Shown one piece after another: positions 63,506 through 64,000 of a stretch of 64,000 nt of DNA. A model generated the notes under the pieces. The model was not told the origin of the DNA. It did no database searches and saw only the letters and a program-made list of their open reading frames with translations. Numbering within the stretch: the stretch's first letter is position 1; each line of letters starts with the position of its first letter. A program made the position numbers and the translations under genes. Source of the DNA: Octopus vulgaris (Eukaryota); contig OX597838.1 in assembly GCA_951406725.2 (NCBI GenBank), forward strand, positions 6,758,001-6,822,000, read 5' to 3'.

Positions 63506-63593
<88 letters not shown>

Positions 63594-63640
63594 TAGTAAT
63601 AATAAAAAAATAATAATAACAATAATAATAATGATGATTA
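63400..63640 (+). repeat. (AAT)n microsatellite
   Basis: Direct reading. Confidence 0.95.
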
Positions 63641-63677
63641 AATGTAAATGAAGATATGTTATATATATATATATGTT

Positions 63678-63721
<44 letters not shown>

Positions 63722-64000
63722 ATAGATAGATATATATAAATGTGGGGGGGAGTTATAAAAATATTAAAATCGAACCAGACTGGAAGACATATGTACATCA
63801 TGCTAGAAAAAAAAAATTATAATTTTTTTTTAATGTAAAAATCACCAGAATGGAGTAACATGTATGTTCAGTGATAAATTACATGTTTTATGCATTATAT
63901 CGTCAATGAGATTGACTTTGAAAGAGGAATCAATTCAGCGTCAGACAAGCGACATGTGCAACGGCAACAAGAGCAACTTTAAATGCAACAACAACAAGAG

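Overview
AT-rich eukaryotic non-coding DNA, saturated with microsatellites ((AT)n, (CA)n, (AGAT)n, (AAT)n, (GAT)n, (TAG)n, (GAA)n) and at least five families of tRNA-headed SINEs. The repeat landscape resembles a coleoid cephalopod (Octopus-like) genome; this is recognition from memory, not a database result. I found no intact host protein-coding gene, and nearly all ORF-track entries are translated microsatellites. The real coding signal comes from non-LTR retrotransposons. (i) A 2.2-kb element (26075-28296, minus) is bounded by a perfect 17-bp target-site duplication, sits in the tRNA-like head of a SINE, and encodes only an L1/Tx1-type ORF1 protein (CCHC knuckle split by a 1-nt frameshift, plus an unusual WPPQxAVE C-terminal domain), with no EN/RT. 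(ii) A diverged relic of that C-terminal domain at about 16.2 kb follows a head of the same SINE family broken at nearly the same position, hinting at a SINE-targeting element. (iii) An internally deleted L1/Tx1 relic lies at 53.4-55.2 kb. (iv) R4/Dong-like RT and RLE fragments are associated with (TAA)n. Several short elements carry hammerhead-ribozyme cores: one canonical (23595-23690, minus), several degenerate ones in Penelope-like inserts within (AT)n, and a tRNA-headed SINE with a hammerhead-like tail. SINE family letters A-E are my own labels, and coordinates of degraded copies are approximate.
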